DNA of 64,000 bases from Microcoleus sp. (GTDB taxonomy: Bacteria > Cyanobacteriota > Cyanobacteriia > Cyanobacteriales > Microcoleaceae). The stretch spans positions 1,120,001-1,184,000 of the forward strand of contig CP181291.1 in NCBI GenBank assembly GCA_052279835.1, given 5' to 3'. Positions 45,867 through 55,796 of the stretch are shown piece by piece (the first letter of the stretch is position 1; every line of letters begins with the position of its first letter). Both the position numbers and the translations under genes were made by a program. The notes beneath the pieces are model-generated. The model saw nothing but the letters and a program-made list of their open reading frames with translations. It had not been told where the DNA came from and made no database searches.

Positions 45867-47609
45867 TCAGTCATCAAATAACTCCGGTAGTCGATCGCGC
45901 AATTCAGCATTCAAACGCGGCAACTCATCCCGCATCTGCAAGTACCAGTCTCGCCGCTGCCGGTAGTGCCCGCACAGCAAACGGTTCTCCCGCACCCACT
46001 CGTAAGCATTCCCAGCTATTTGTCGGCGTGTTGGATCATCGGAAATCAGCAAATTCAGCTTATTTTCAAACTCTTTTTCTGAGCGATAAATTAACCCGGT
46101 TTCACCTTCGACAATTGAGTGTTCGTACACCGTAGGACTTGCCAACACCGCCACTCCCCGCGCCGCACATTCAATGAATTTTAAGTCAGATTTCATTTCA
46201 TTTATCTGGTTAGGAACTAGCGGTAACAGAGCGATATCGCAACTGTACATAATTTCTTGATACCGTTCGTAACTGCAAAATGACTCAAATTGTTTGTGTT
46301 CGGTTTCTAAGGAGTCAAAAAATAGACGATCGTGAATCACTTTAACTCGAATGCGGTGTTTGTGAGCGACTAAAATTCGATTCAGCGCTGCCATAATTGG
46401 TTGCCAATCTTTTTCGCGATTTAGGGCTCCAAAAAAGATGGTAACAGTATCTTCTGCATAAGTGCGCGGTGGTGGTAAATAGGCTAATTGATTGGGAAAT
46501 ACTGTAACATTGGGATTGTACTGTCGTAAAATTTTGGCTAGGGGTTCTGTGGAAGTTTGAACGCAATGACAGCCACGGTAGCTGAGGTAATTGTTGTCTG
46601 CGTATTCCCGGCGACGGATGGGATTGTCGTCAATTTCAGCTACTATTAAATAGTCTTGTTGTAGGAGTTGTTTGATGTGGGGAAGATAGGCGGGATATTG
46701 CATGATTGTCCGCTGCCAAATAAATACTTTTTCTTCCGCTGGGAGTGGGGAAATTAATTCGAGTGTTTTCACGCCAGATACGGTGCGGACACCGGGAATT
46801 GTAGCGCTAAATTTGTCCGGTTCCAAAACTCGCAGGCGATCGCACCCTGTAGGTGCCATAATTATGGTTTGAATCAGCAATCTGCGTGGTTGTACAGGGG
46901 TTTTGGTCGATCGCACAATATAATATTCAGCACTGGTTTCCGTAGCAAAACTACTCGATTGTAGCTCTAATGCCTTGACCATGGGATGCAGCAATTGCTG
47001 AAATTGGGCAAAATTTTCGGTTTTGTGTCCCTTTCCTTGCAATTCGTAAACCTGCAATCCGGCTTGAGTAAAGAGTGATTGAATACTTTCTAGGGTAAAC
47101 CAGTGCTGCATTTTGCCATCGGCATTTTCCCAGTGCCCGCGCAACAAATTGACAATGCGCCGCCAGTATTGAACATTGGGAATTCTGGCGAAAATTTGAC
47201 CCCTGGGATGCAGCAAAGCACTGTATTGTTTGAGGACATCCCAAGGATTTTTGAGGTAAGGTAACAAATCGCCAAACACCAAACAATCAACGGTGCCTGG
47301 GGCGATGTCGAGACTGGCGATGTCGGTTTCTTCTATATTGGCGATCGCCACCCAGTTTAGCCGATCGACTGCTATTTTAGCTTTTTCTCGATCGCATTCA
47401 AGGCCAATATATTGACAATGGGGATTTGTCAGCTTGTACTGTGCGCCCATAGCCCCCGTACCGCAGCCTATTTCGACAATGACTTTAGCATCCGGGGGTA
47501 GCAGATTCAAGAGGTCATGGTTGATGCTATCGATCACTTTCTCTAATTTGTGAGCATGGCGATGCCAGTATACAATGGCGATCGGCACATTTGTCAAGCA
47601 CCAAATCAA
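45867..47609 (-). CDS. SAM methyltransferase fused to GT-B glycosyltransferase (start may be GTG 47537)
   Basis: VEIGCGTG, FARIPNV; C-terminal DIALLPL..KSDLKFIE..GETG. Confidence 0.85.
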   Translation of the reverse strand: MIWCLTNVPIAIVYWHRHAHKLEKVIDSINHDLLNLLPPDAKVIVEIGCGTGAMGAQYKLTNPHCQYIGLECDREKAKIAVDRLNWVAIANIEETDIASLDIAPGTVDCLVFGDLLPYLKNPWDVLKQYSALLHPRGQIFARIPNVQYWRRIVNLLRGHWENADGKMQHWFTLESIQSLFTQAGLQVYELQGKGHKTENFAQFQQLLHPMVKALELQSSSFATETSAEYYIVRSTKTPVQPRRLLIQTIIMAPTGCDRLRVLEPDKFSATIPGVRTVSGVKTLELISPLPAEEKVFIWQRTIMQYPAYLPHIKQLLQQDYLIVAEIDDNPIRRREYADNNYLSYRGCHCVQTSTEPLAKILRQYNPNVTVFPNQLAYLPPPRTYAEDTVTIFFGALNREKDWQPIMAALNRILVAHKHRIRVKVIHDRLFFDSLETEHKQFESFCSYERYQEIMYSCDIALLPLVPNQINEMKSDLKFIECAARGVAVLASPTVYEHSIVEGETGLIYRSEKEFENKLNLLISDDPTRRQIAGNAYEWVRENRLLCGHYRQRRDWYLQMRDELPRLNAELRDRLPELFDD

Positions 47610-47634
47610 CTAAAAAAAAATTATAGCACAAACT

Positions 47635-50600
47635 ATGAACCCTAACTTAGGAATTAACATCGCCGGCTACATCAACGGTGAATTTGGAGTGGGAGAAGGA
47701 GTCAGAGCAAATATTAGATCCCTAGAAGCCGCCCAAATTCCCTTCACTATCAACAATTTCACCCGCAGTCCCCACCGCAGTCAAGACACCACCTATCAAA
47801 ACTTTAGCCCAGACAATCCTTATCCCATAAACCTGATTCAAGTCAACGCCGATGAAGTCAACACTTTCTTAAAACATTCTGGTTCCAGCTATTTTAAAAG
47901 TCGCTACAATATCGGCTTTTGGGCCTGGGAAATTCCCGAATTTCCTCAAAAATGGCAACCAGTATTTGACAACTTTCACGAAATATGGACTTACAGCAAC
48001 TACTGCGCCGAAGCAATTTCCCTAGTCTCGCCAATTCCCGTCATCAAAATCATGCCCAGCATTGATTTACCTCCATCTTACCTGAACAGAAAATCCCTGA
48101 ATTTGCCCGAAAATAAATTTATTTTTCTATTTATATTCGACTTTTCCAGCCGCATCGAACGGAAAAATCCTTTAGCTGCCATTCAAGCATTTAAGCAAGC
48201 CTTTGGTCAAGACGAGCGCGTACTATTTATCCTCAAATCTTCCAACTCCGACAAAAACATCCAAGATTTAGCATTGTTAAAATCCGCCATCGGAAATGCG
48301 ACCAATATTCAACATTTAGACGGATATTTATCTAAAAATGAAATAAATGGTTTGCTCTACAATTGCGACTGTTATGTATCCCTACATCGCTGTGAAGGAT
48401 TTGGTTTAACCATGGCAGAAGCCATGTTTTATGGCAAACCTGTAATTGCTACTGCTTATTCATCAAATACAGAATTTATGAATGTGGGCAATAGCTTTTT
48501 AGTCAAATATAAATTAATTCCCCTTGAGGCAGATTGCGGCCCTTACAAAAAAGGCAATTTTTGGGCAGAACCGGATATAGAACACAGCGCTTATTTAATG
48601 CGGCATATATTCAATAATTACGGGGAAGCTCAAAAAGTAGGAGCGAGAGCGGCGCAGGAAATTAAGAGTTTACTAAGTCCGTCAACTGTCGGTAAAAAAA
48701 TTCAAAAACGTTTGGAATATATTGCTCAAATTACCCAAAACTTTCAAATTTTAAACAATTCAAAAAATGCCCTGCTAAATCATCCCCAAACAGTACCACC
48801 TTTAGTGAGTATTTGCATTCCTACATATAACGGAGCAGCATTTATTGGCGAAGCAATTGAGAGTGCTTTGGCTCAGACTTATCCTAATATAGAAGTGATT
48901 ATATCCGACGATGGCTCCACTGACCAAACAATTGCGATCGCCCAATCATTCACCTCAAAAACCTCAGTAGATTTACGCATCATTCTCCACCGCAATTATG
49001 GCCTGTCGCAAAACTGGAACTTCTGCATTTCCCAAGCTAAAGGTAAATACATTAAATTTCTGTTTCAAGACGACTTACTCGCACCAGAATGTATTGAAAA
49101 AATGGTCGAACTTGCCGAAACACACCAAAATATAGGCATGATTTTTTCACCCCGTGGAATTACCATAGACGCATCTGAATCCAATCCTATTTTACAAAAA
49201 GCTTCCCAATCAATTAAAGATTTGTACAAAGGTTGGTCAAATTTAAAACCGATTCAGCCCGGACAAGAATTACTAGCAGATCCTAACTGTTTAAGCAACC
49301 CCATCAACAAAATTGGTGAACCGACTACCGTCCTAATTGCCGCCCGCGTTTTTGCCGAAATCGGATTATTTGATTCGGGATTATCTCAGTATGTAGACTT
49401 AGATATGTGGTGGCGAATTATGGGAAATTATCACATCGGATTTGTCCCTCAAACACTCTCCTCACTGCGGATTCATCCCGAACAACAAACTTGGAAAAAT
49501 TTCTCGGCTGGCGAAAATCATAAAGATGTAGTCAGATTTTACCAGAAACTCCTAAATAGCCCTGAATACGGTTTTTTGAATCCCCAAATCAAACAGATTA
49601 TTCAACAAAAATTAGATGCCAAAACTCAGCGAAATTCCTCTAAATTATCCAAGCTAATTCAAGATTATCACAAATCGCCAAGTAATGAGTCTACTGTCGG
49701 AAAACTGCGAAAATACCGCCTACAAATGGCTAAATATTGGCTGAATTTACCAGCAGAACAATGTGAAAATGCTTACAGGGGAGACCTGGGAAAAGCTCAC
49801 CAATTGCTACTAGATAGTGGTATCAAACATGAAACCTTGACTGCGGAAGAACAAAGTTTTGTCCAGGAGTTATGTTCCACTTTGTCTCTAGGAGGAGAAC
49901 TTATATATAGGCTGCAATATCTTCTAGCAGCTATGCTGTACCGCGAGGCTTATCAGTTGCCATTATCCTATCAAAATGCAGCGATTCCTCAGTGGTTTTT
50001 TGACGGTTTTTTGAAATTCCTGTTTCAGTCTCCTACTTATTTTCAAGAAGCTGGAGAGGTTGCAGGATATGCTCAGTATTTGCAGCGTTTAATAGAGTAT
50101 GTGGCTGGGAATATTGCCAGTTTTCCGGCTACGGAGATTTGGCGTTATTTGGCGCAGTTTATTGCGGAAAATCTCAGCTTAAAAAATTTGTATCTCAGCG
50201 AAGGTAATCTCCTTGATGTTGGTAAGCTAAGAGATAATATTATTGAGTATCACTTGAGGAATATAGGGTGTAAAATAGACTTTAATTTTGAGCAGACAGC
50301 CCCTGAACGCAGCAAAATTAAATTGGGGATTTTGCTCGATCAAATTTGTGCGGAACCAGAGACTTTTGCCGCCATGGCAAGTTGTGAATATTTAGACAGA
50401 AGCAAGTTTGAAATTATTGTGTATAATTTCTATCCTCTGCCACAGGATTCCTTGGGTAAATACTTTGAAAGTCGGGTTGACAAGGTAGTACACCTGTCAG
50501 CCGACTTGCTCAGTCAAGTAGAGGAAATGCGATCGCACAATTTAGACATTCTGCTCCTGAGCACCAATACCACCGACACCCTCAAACCTAGCACTTTGCT

Positions 50601-51438
50601 GTCCCTACACCGACTAGGGCGGCTCCAAATAGCTGCTCCTCTATCGATGCCGGTGACTACCTGGGCTCGCAATATCGATCGCTTCTTGACCGGAAATTTG
50701 ACATCCCCCCCAGATGCACCCCCAGAGTATCGGGAAAAATTAATCACTTTAGAAGGCTCAGGAGTTTGTTTCAGTTATCCTGTAACCTCAGAAAAATCCA
50801 CTGTGAAACCCACAAGAACCAGTTGGGGTGCAACGGAGCAATCTGTAATATTTATGTCCGGTGTCACAGCTTTTAAAATTATCCCAGAGTTGAGAGCGAC
50901 TTGGGCAAAAATAATTGCCTCTACACCGAATTCGATCTTAGTTTTATATCCCTTTCATTCGCGCCGGGAAAAATTTCCCATGATGCCTTTTTATCACCAA
51001 ATGCGATCGCTATTTGCGGAATTTGGGATTGACAAACAGCGATTGGTGATGCTCAAGGCACTGCCGACGGCTGCCGATTACCAAGAATGTTTGAAATTAG
51101 CTGATATATATTTAGACTCCTATCCCGATAGCGACGCTGCATCCCTAGTAGCACCGTTGTTGGCGGGGTTGCCGGTGGTGGTGAGAGCAGGGCAAACCGG
51201 GCGCTCTCGACAATCCGCAGCAGTCATGCAAGAACTACAACTTCCTGAATTGGTAGCCAACAGCGAGAATGGTTATGTGGAGATTAGCAAAGCATTGGGA
51301 AGTAACCCAGAATTGCGCCGGCACTATCGGGATCGAGTCCAAAGCCAAATGGCGACCAACCCAAAATTGTTGGACAGTCGCGCTTACTCCTTTAAACTCG
51401 GAACTTTGTTGGAAGAGATATTTTTCAAGGGGATTTAA
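47635..51438 (+). CDS. Multidomain glycosyltransferase: GT4 + GT2 + HMW1C/SPINDLY (GT41)-like
   Basis: ERKNP, SLHRCEGFGLTMAEAM; VSICIPTYN, SDDGSTD, LFQDD; C-terminal ADIYLDSYP..GLPVV. Confidence 0.88.
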   Translation: MNPNLGINIAGYINGEFGVGEGVRANIRSLEAAQIPFTINNFTRSPHRSQDTTYQNFSPDNPYPINLIQVNADEVNTFLKHSGSSYFKSRYNIGFWAWEIPEFPQKWQPVFDNFHEIWTYSNYCAEAISLVSPIPVIKIMPSIDLPPSYLNRKSLNLPENKFIFLFIFDFSSRIERKNPLAAIQAFKQAFGQDERVLFILKSSNSDKNIQDLALLKSAIGNATNIQHLDGYLSKNEINGLLYNCDCYVSLHRCEGFGLTMAEAMFYGKPVIATAYSSNTEFMNVGNSFLVKYKLIPLEADCGPYKKGNFWAEPDIEHSAYLMRHIFNNYGEAQKVGARAAQEIKSLLSPSTVGKKIQKRLEYIAQITQNFQILNNSKNALLNHPQTVPPLVSICIPTYNGAAFIGEAIESALAQTYPNIEVIISDDGSTDQTIAIAQSFTSKTSVDLRIILHRNYGLSQNWNFCISQAKGKYIKFLFQDDLLAPECIEKMVELAETHQNIGMIFSPRGITIDASESNPILQKASQSIKDLYKGWSNLKPIQPGQELLADPNCLSNPINKIGEPTTVLIAARVFAEIGLFDSGLSQYVDLDMWWRIMGNYHIGFVPQTLSSLRIHPEQQTWKNFSAGENHKDVVRFYQKLLNSPEYGFLNPQIKQIIQQKLDAKTQRNSSKLSKLIQDYHKSPSNESTVGKLRKYRLQMAKYWLNLPAEQCENAYRGDLGKAHQLLLDSGIKHETLTAEEQSFVQELCSTLSLGGELIYRLQYLLAAMLYREAYQLPLSYQNAAIPQWFFDGFLKFLFQSPTYFQEAGEVAGYAQYLQRLIEYVAGNIASFPATEIWRYLAQFIAENLSLKNLYLSEGNLLDVGKLRDNIIEYHLRNIGCKIDFNFEQTAPERSKIKLGILLDQICAEPETFAAMASCEYLDRSKFEIIVYNFYPLPQDSLGKYFESRVDKVVHLSADLLSQVEEMRSHNLDILLLSTNTTDTLKPSTLLSLHRLGRLQIAAPLSMPVTTWARNIDRFLTGNLTSPPDAPPEYREKLITLEGSGVCFSYPVTSEKSTVKPTRTSWGATEQSVIFMSGVTAFKIIPELRATWAKIIASTPNSILVLYPFHSRREKFPMMPFYHQMRSLFAEFGIDKQRLVMLKALPTAADYQECLKLADIYLDSYPDSDAASLVAPLLAGLPVVVRAGQTGRSRQSAAVMQELQLPELVANSENGYVEISKALGSNPELRRHYRDRVQSQMATNPKLLDSRAYSFKLGTLLEEIFFKGI

Positions 51439-51852
51439 ATGTGATATGGGGCGGGTTCCCGTACCTACCCACCAGCAGATTGATGTTTGTAGAATCCGCT
51501 CTCAGGCCAGTTTTGGAGAATGTTGCCAGATGTAGTTGTTAGGGAACCCCCCCGAAAACCAAGCGTCAGGAAACAAACAGGAAGAGCGTTAGCCCGCTAA
51601 TGGTCTGCTATTATCGGGAAACTGAGGTAGCGTTAAATTCTGCCACATATAGCCGACCCGCTACCTGGTGTCGATCGCTCGCGGTGAAAGCTGTCGTCAG
51701 CACCCGTTAACACGATCGAAAAGTAATAAGTTTACTCGGCTAGTCCTAGTAAATTCTATGGAACTATAAATGTTAGTGGTTTAGTGGTTGTCGCTCTTTT
51801 CCTACCACAGTTAGATTAAAAGGGGAAGCGCAAGTCAGTTGGAGACAAAAAA

Positions 51853-52602
51853 ATGACAGGACTTTTTCAAATCGGGGATAAATTACTGCAAGCTCAGGAT
51901 ATGCCATCGCTCCTGAAGCGCTATCAGTTGATGCCACAATTTTTGCGGGGCGTAATCATCGACCAAGCGATCGCATCCTTCAGTTGCAGCGACGAAGAAC
52001 GCCAATCCGCCTTGGAGAACTTTCTGGTTCAGCACCAACTGACAGCCCCCGAAGCCAGAGAAGCTTGGCTTCGCAGCCAGCATATGACCATAGAAGAACT
52101 TCAAGAAATGGTCACCAGACCCTTGCTGATCGAAAAATTCAAGCAAGAAACTTGGAGACCTAAAGTAGATAACTATTTTTTAACCCGCAAAGCCAGCCTA
52201 GACCACGTAGTCTATTCCCTGGTCCGCACTAAAAATCCAGCATTAGCCAACGAACTATACTTTCGCATCTCGGAAGGGGAACAAAGCTTTGCTGAAGTGG
52301 CCCAGCAATTTTCCGAAGGCCCAGAGTCCAAGTCCGGTGGCTTGTTAGGACCAGTACCCCTCAGCCAGCCGCACCCAGCAATCAGTAAACTTTTGTCAGT
52401 GAGCAAACCAAATCAACTTTGGCAGCCACGTCCTCTGGCAGAATGGATGGTCATTATTCGACTAGAAAAATTCATGCCCGCTCAGCTAGACGAATCCATG
52501 CGACTGCACTTAATTAACGAACTATTTGAAACCTGGGTCGCCGAACAAATATCGAAAATAGGCCCGCTACAGCCGCTCTCTTCGGTCTCTTCAATCTCAT
52601 GA
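51853..52602 (+). CDS. PpiC-type peptidylprolyl isomerase associated with T1SS
   Basis: VVYSLVR, ELYFRI.EGEQSFAEVA..FSEGPE..GGLLGP. Confidence 0.88.
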   Translation: MTGLFQIGDKLLQAQDMPSLLKRYQLMPQFLRGVIIDQAIASFSCSDEERQSALENFLVQHQLTAPEAREAWLRSQHMTIEELQEMVTRPLLIEKFKQETWRPKVDNYFLTRKASLDHVVYSLVRTKNPALANELYFRISEGEQSFAEVAQQFSEGPESKSGGLLGPVPLSQPHPAISKLLSVSKPNQLWQPRPLAEWMVIIRLEKFMPAQLDESMRLHLINELFETWVAEQISKIGPLQPLSSVSSIS

Positions 52603-52720
52603 AGATCTAGCAATGAGGGGTCAGTTACCCCCCATTGACCCGTTGGACTGTGGAGACTCGATCGACTAACTCCGCATCCTGACCACCATCAAACAGTAAA
52701 GGGTGCGAGTCAATTTTTCA

Positions 52721-52750
52721 ATCTAAAATCTAAAATCTAAAATCTAAAAT
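52721..52750. repeat. Heptamer tandem repeat (AATCTAA)n
   Basis: Four tandem units immediately before the HlyB start. Confidence 0.8.
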
Positions 52751-52753
52751 CGG

Positions 52754-55700
52754 ATGACTTCTTCCGCTGTTTCCCCATCTCAGATTCAGGATTTCCTGGC
52801 TCAAACTCCCCCTTTTGACCGACTCTCGGAGACGGCACTCAACGCTTTGGTGGCGAAATGCCAACTGTTAGGTTATCGGACTGGGCAGCCACTGTTTGAA
52901 CGGGAAAAAATGCCGACTCAGGTGGCAATTATCTATGATGGTCAGGCCCGACTCCTGGGCTTTGACCAGCGCTCTCAACGCCACGTCAGTTTACGGTTGG
53001 TACAGCCCAAGGAAATTCTCGGCTGGGCTGGTTTGCTCAGGTGTGTTCCTTGCGAAACTGCGATCGCCTCTACAAATGTAATTGCGATCGTCATACAAGC
53101 CGAAGATTTCCTCAGCTTACTCGAAAAACAGCCGCAATTTGGAGAAGCCTTTCGCGAACATTGTTCCTTGAGCGAAGTATTTGAACTGTTGAGCCTAGAA
53201 TTGCAGCGCCAGGCCGATTCCTCCTCTAACCTCAAGGACATCACTGTGCAAGCTTGGCAAGATGCGAAAGTGATCAACCTGCCCAATGGTAACAAAAAAA
53301 CCCAAGAGCTCGCCAAAGAGTTAGAGGGCGATCGCATTTGGCTAGTCAGCAGCGGCGTCTTGGGCGACTTTCCCACCGGCAGTCGCTTACATCTTAACGG
53401 CGAAGCCAAATCCCTAAAAGTAGAAGGCCGCCTGGGCACTCGCTTGGTAGGCTTCCGGGAACCCCCACCACCAACACCAGAAGCAGATCCCCTAAACGAT
53501 CCTGCAGAAATCGAACCAGGAGACTTGGAGAACCAGAGTCTCTTTGACAAAGTAACCATCGCCCCACCGCGTCCCCCAGAACCCTCATCGGGCCAAAAGG
53601 ATGCTGCTAAATACCCTGTTTTCCGGGGCCGAGGGCAAATAGACGGGCCACTAGCTTGCTTCCAGATGTTAAGCAAGTATTTTGGCATGAAGTTTCGTCG
53701 AGATATCATCCGCAAAGTTCTCGACAATCAGTTAAAAACCGCTGGTTCTATCAGTATCCAAGCCTGTGGTGCGATCGCCCAAAGCATCGGCCTGACACCT
53801 CAAATGGCCCAAGTACCAGCAGAAGCCATCAACCGCATCAAAGCCCCGGTAATGATTAAATGGAAAGACAGCTTTGCCATTATTTACAGCATTACCGAGC
53901 AGGAATTAACCATTGCCAGCCCCGAAGAAGGGCTGATGCGAAAGCGCGTAGCTCAGTTTAGAGAAATCTGGGGAGAAGCAGGAGAAGTCCTGCTGCTACA
54001 AGCCCCGCAAGTTGAACAAAAAGAACAGTTCAGCTTCTGGTGGTTCGTGCCGGCGTTGATGGAACACAAGACAGTATTTATTGAGGTGTTGCTCGCCTCG
54101 TTTTTTGTACAGCTATTCGGTCTTGCCAATCCCTTAATTAGCCAAGTAATTATTGATAAAGTATTAGGTCAACGCAGCATTGATACCCTAGATATTTTAG
54201 GAGCATTTCTGTTAGGAGTTGCCTTGTTTGAAGGACTCCTGAATGCTTTGCGTACCTTTTTGTTCATAGACACTTCCAACCGCATAGATGTCAAATTAAG
54301 TGCCGAAGTCATCGACCACTTACTCCGGCTTCCTCAAAATTACTTTGACAATCGGCGCGTGGGAGATTTGGTCTACAAATTTAGCATGATGGGCCAGATT
54401 CGGGAATTCATGACCGGTACAGCCCTGACAGTAGTTTTAGATGCAGTATTCTCGGTGGTTTACGTCGCCGTCATGTTGTCCTACAGCGTTCAGTTAACGG
54501 CAGTATCTTTGGCCGTCGTACCAATACTTGCCCTGATGATCGTGCTGATCAATCCCCTGGTGCTGCGCCTGATTAAACAAAGAAATATGCGTTTTGCTGA
54601 CTCTCAATCTTATTTAGTGGAAGTAGTCAGCGGGATTCAAACTGTTAAGGCGCAAAATATTGAATTGAAATCCCGCTGGGAGTGGTCTAGCCGCTATGCT
54701 AAATACATTACTGCCAGTTTTAAAACTATTATTACCGGGACAACAGCCGGTACAGTTAGTAGCTTCTTAAACCAAGTGGGTAACTTAGCTCAGTTGTGGG
54801 TGGGAGCTTATTTAGTATTGAAAAATGACATCACTTTGGGTCAGTTAATTGCTTTCCGAATTATTTCGGGGAACGTGACAGGTTCATTGCTCAGGTTTGT
54901 CAGCGTTTGGCAAAGTTTCCAAGAGGTGTCAATGTCGATCGATATGCTTAAGGATGTCGTCGATACGCCCACGGAAACCAGCGATGAAGACCGCAGTAAC
55001 ATCCCAATGCCCGCAATTCAAGGACAGGTGGCCTATGAGGAGGTTTCTTTCCGATTTCTGGAGAGCGGTTCCCTGCAATTAGCCAATGTGAATTTGGAAT
55101 TTCCGGCTGGTAGTTTTGTGGGAATTGTGGGAGGAAGTGGTTCCGGTAAGAGTACGGCGATGAAGCTGTTGCAGCGTCTGTATCCGCCACTTTCTGGTCG
55201 GATTTTTATTGACGGATATGACATTGCTAAGGTGGAATTGTATTCCCTCCGCAGCCAACTTGGGGTGGTGCTCCAAGATACTTTGTTGTTTAACTGTACG
55301 GTGCAGGAAAATATTGCTCTGAGCAATCCTGACGCGAGCACGGATGAGATTGTCCGAGCTGCGAAACTAGCAGTAGCCCACGATTTTATTATGGGCTTAC
55401 CCGCTGGCTATAATACGGTAGTGGGAGAGCGGGGTTCTTCGCTTTCTGGGGGTCAAAGGCAACGTTTGGCGATCGCCCGGACAATCTTGCAAAACCCCAG
55501 ACTGCTGATTTTGGACGAAGCTACCAGCGCCCTAGACTATCATTCCGAACGCCAAGTTTGTAATAACTTAGCAGAAGCTTTTAAGGGTCGCACCGTGTTT
55601 TTCATTACTCACCGTCTGACCACCATCCAAAATGCGGATGTGATTATTATGATGGATCAAGGTGCTGTCGTCGAGCAGGGAACTCATAAAGAATTAATGA

Positions 55701-55756
55701 GTCTTAAAGGGCGTTACTATTGCCTCTTCCAACAACAAGAGTCATCTAACACTTGA
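52754..55756 (+). CDS. Type I secretion ABC transporter (HlyB-like) with cNMP-binding and C39-like domains
   Basis: GGSGSGKS Walker A, LSGGQRQR, ILDEATSALD; C39-like region lacks the DCG motif. Confidence 0.93.
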   Translation: MTSSAVSPSQIQDFLAQTPPFDRLSETALNALVAKCQLLGYRTGQPLFEREKMPTQVAIIYDGQARLLGFDQRSQRHVSLRLVQPKEILGWAGLLRCVPCETAIASTNVIAIVIQAEDFLSLLEKQPQFGEAFREHCSLSEVFELLSLELQRQADSSSNLKDITVQAWQDAKVINLPNGNKKTQELAKELEGDRIWLVSSGVLGDFPTGSRLHLNGEAKSLKVEGRLGTRLVGFREPPPPTPEADPLNDPAEIEPGDLENQSLFDKVTIAPPRPPEPSSGQKDAAKYPVFRGRGQIDGPLACFQMLSKYFGMKFRRDIIRKVLDNQLKTAGSISIQACGAIAQSIGLTPQMAQVPAEAINRIKAPVMIKWKDSFAIIYSITEQELTIASPEEGLMRKRVAQFREIWGEAGEVLLLQAPQVEQKEQFSFWWFVPALMEHKTVFIEVLLASFFVQLFGLANPLISQVIIDKVLGQRSIDTLDILGAFLLGVALFEGLLNALRTFLFIDTSNRIDVKLSAEVIDHLLRLPQNYFDNRRVGDLVYKFSMMGQIREFMTGTALTVVLDAVFSVVYVAVMLSYSVQLTAVSLAVVPILALMIVLINPLVLRLIKQRNMRFADSQSYLVEVVSGIQTVKAQNIELKSRWEWSSRYAKYITASFKTIITGTTAGTVSSFLNQVGNLAQLWVGAYLVLKNDITLGQLIAFRIISGNVTGSLLRFVSVWQSFQEVSMSIDMLKDVVDTPTETSDEDRSNIPMPAIQGQVAYEEVSFRFLESGSLQLANVNLEFPAGSFVGIVGGSGSGKSTAMKLLQRLYPPLSGRIFIDGYDIAKVELYSLRSQLGVVLQDTLLFNCTVQENIALSNPDASTDEIVRAAKLAVAHDFIMGLPAGYNTVVGERGSSLSGGQRQRLAIARTILQNPRLLILDEATSALDYHSERQVCNNLAEAFKGRTVFFITHRLTTIQNADVIIMMDQGAVVEQGTHKELMSLKGRYYCLFQQQESSNT

Positions 55757-55796
55757 TAACCAAACAATTACCAAATAACTAATAACAAGTAAACCC

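Noticed and set aside
52754..55756. Bacteriocin/RiPP processing exporter
   Set aside because: The C39-like domain lacks the catalytic DCG motif and no double-glycine precursor is nearby
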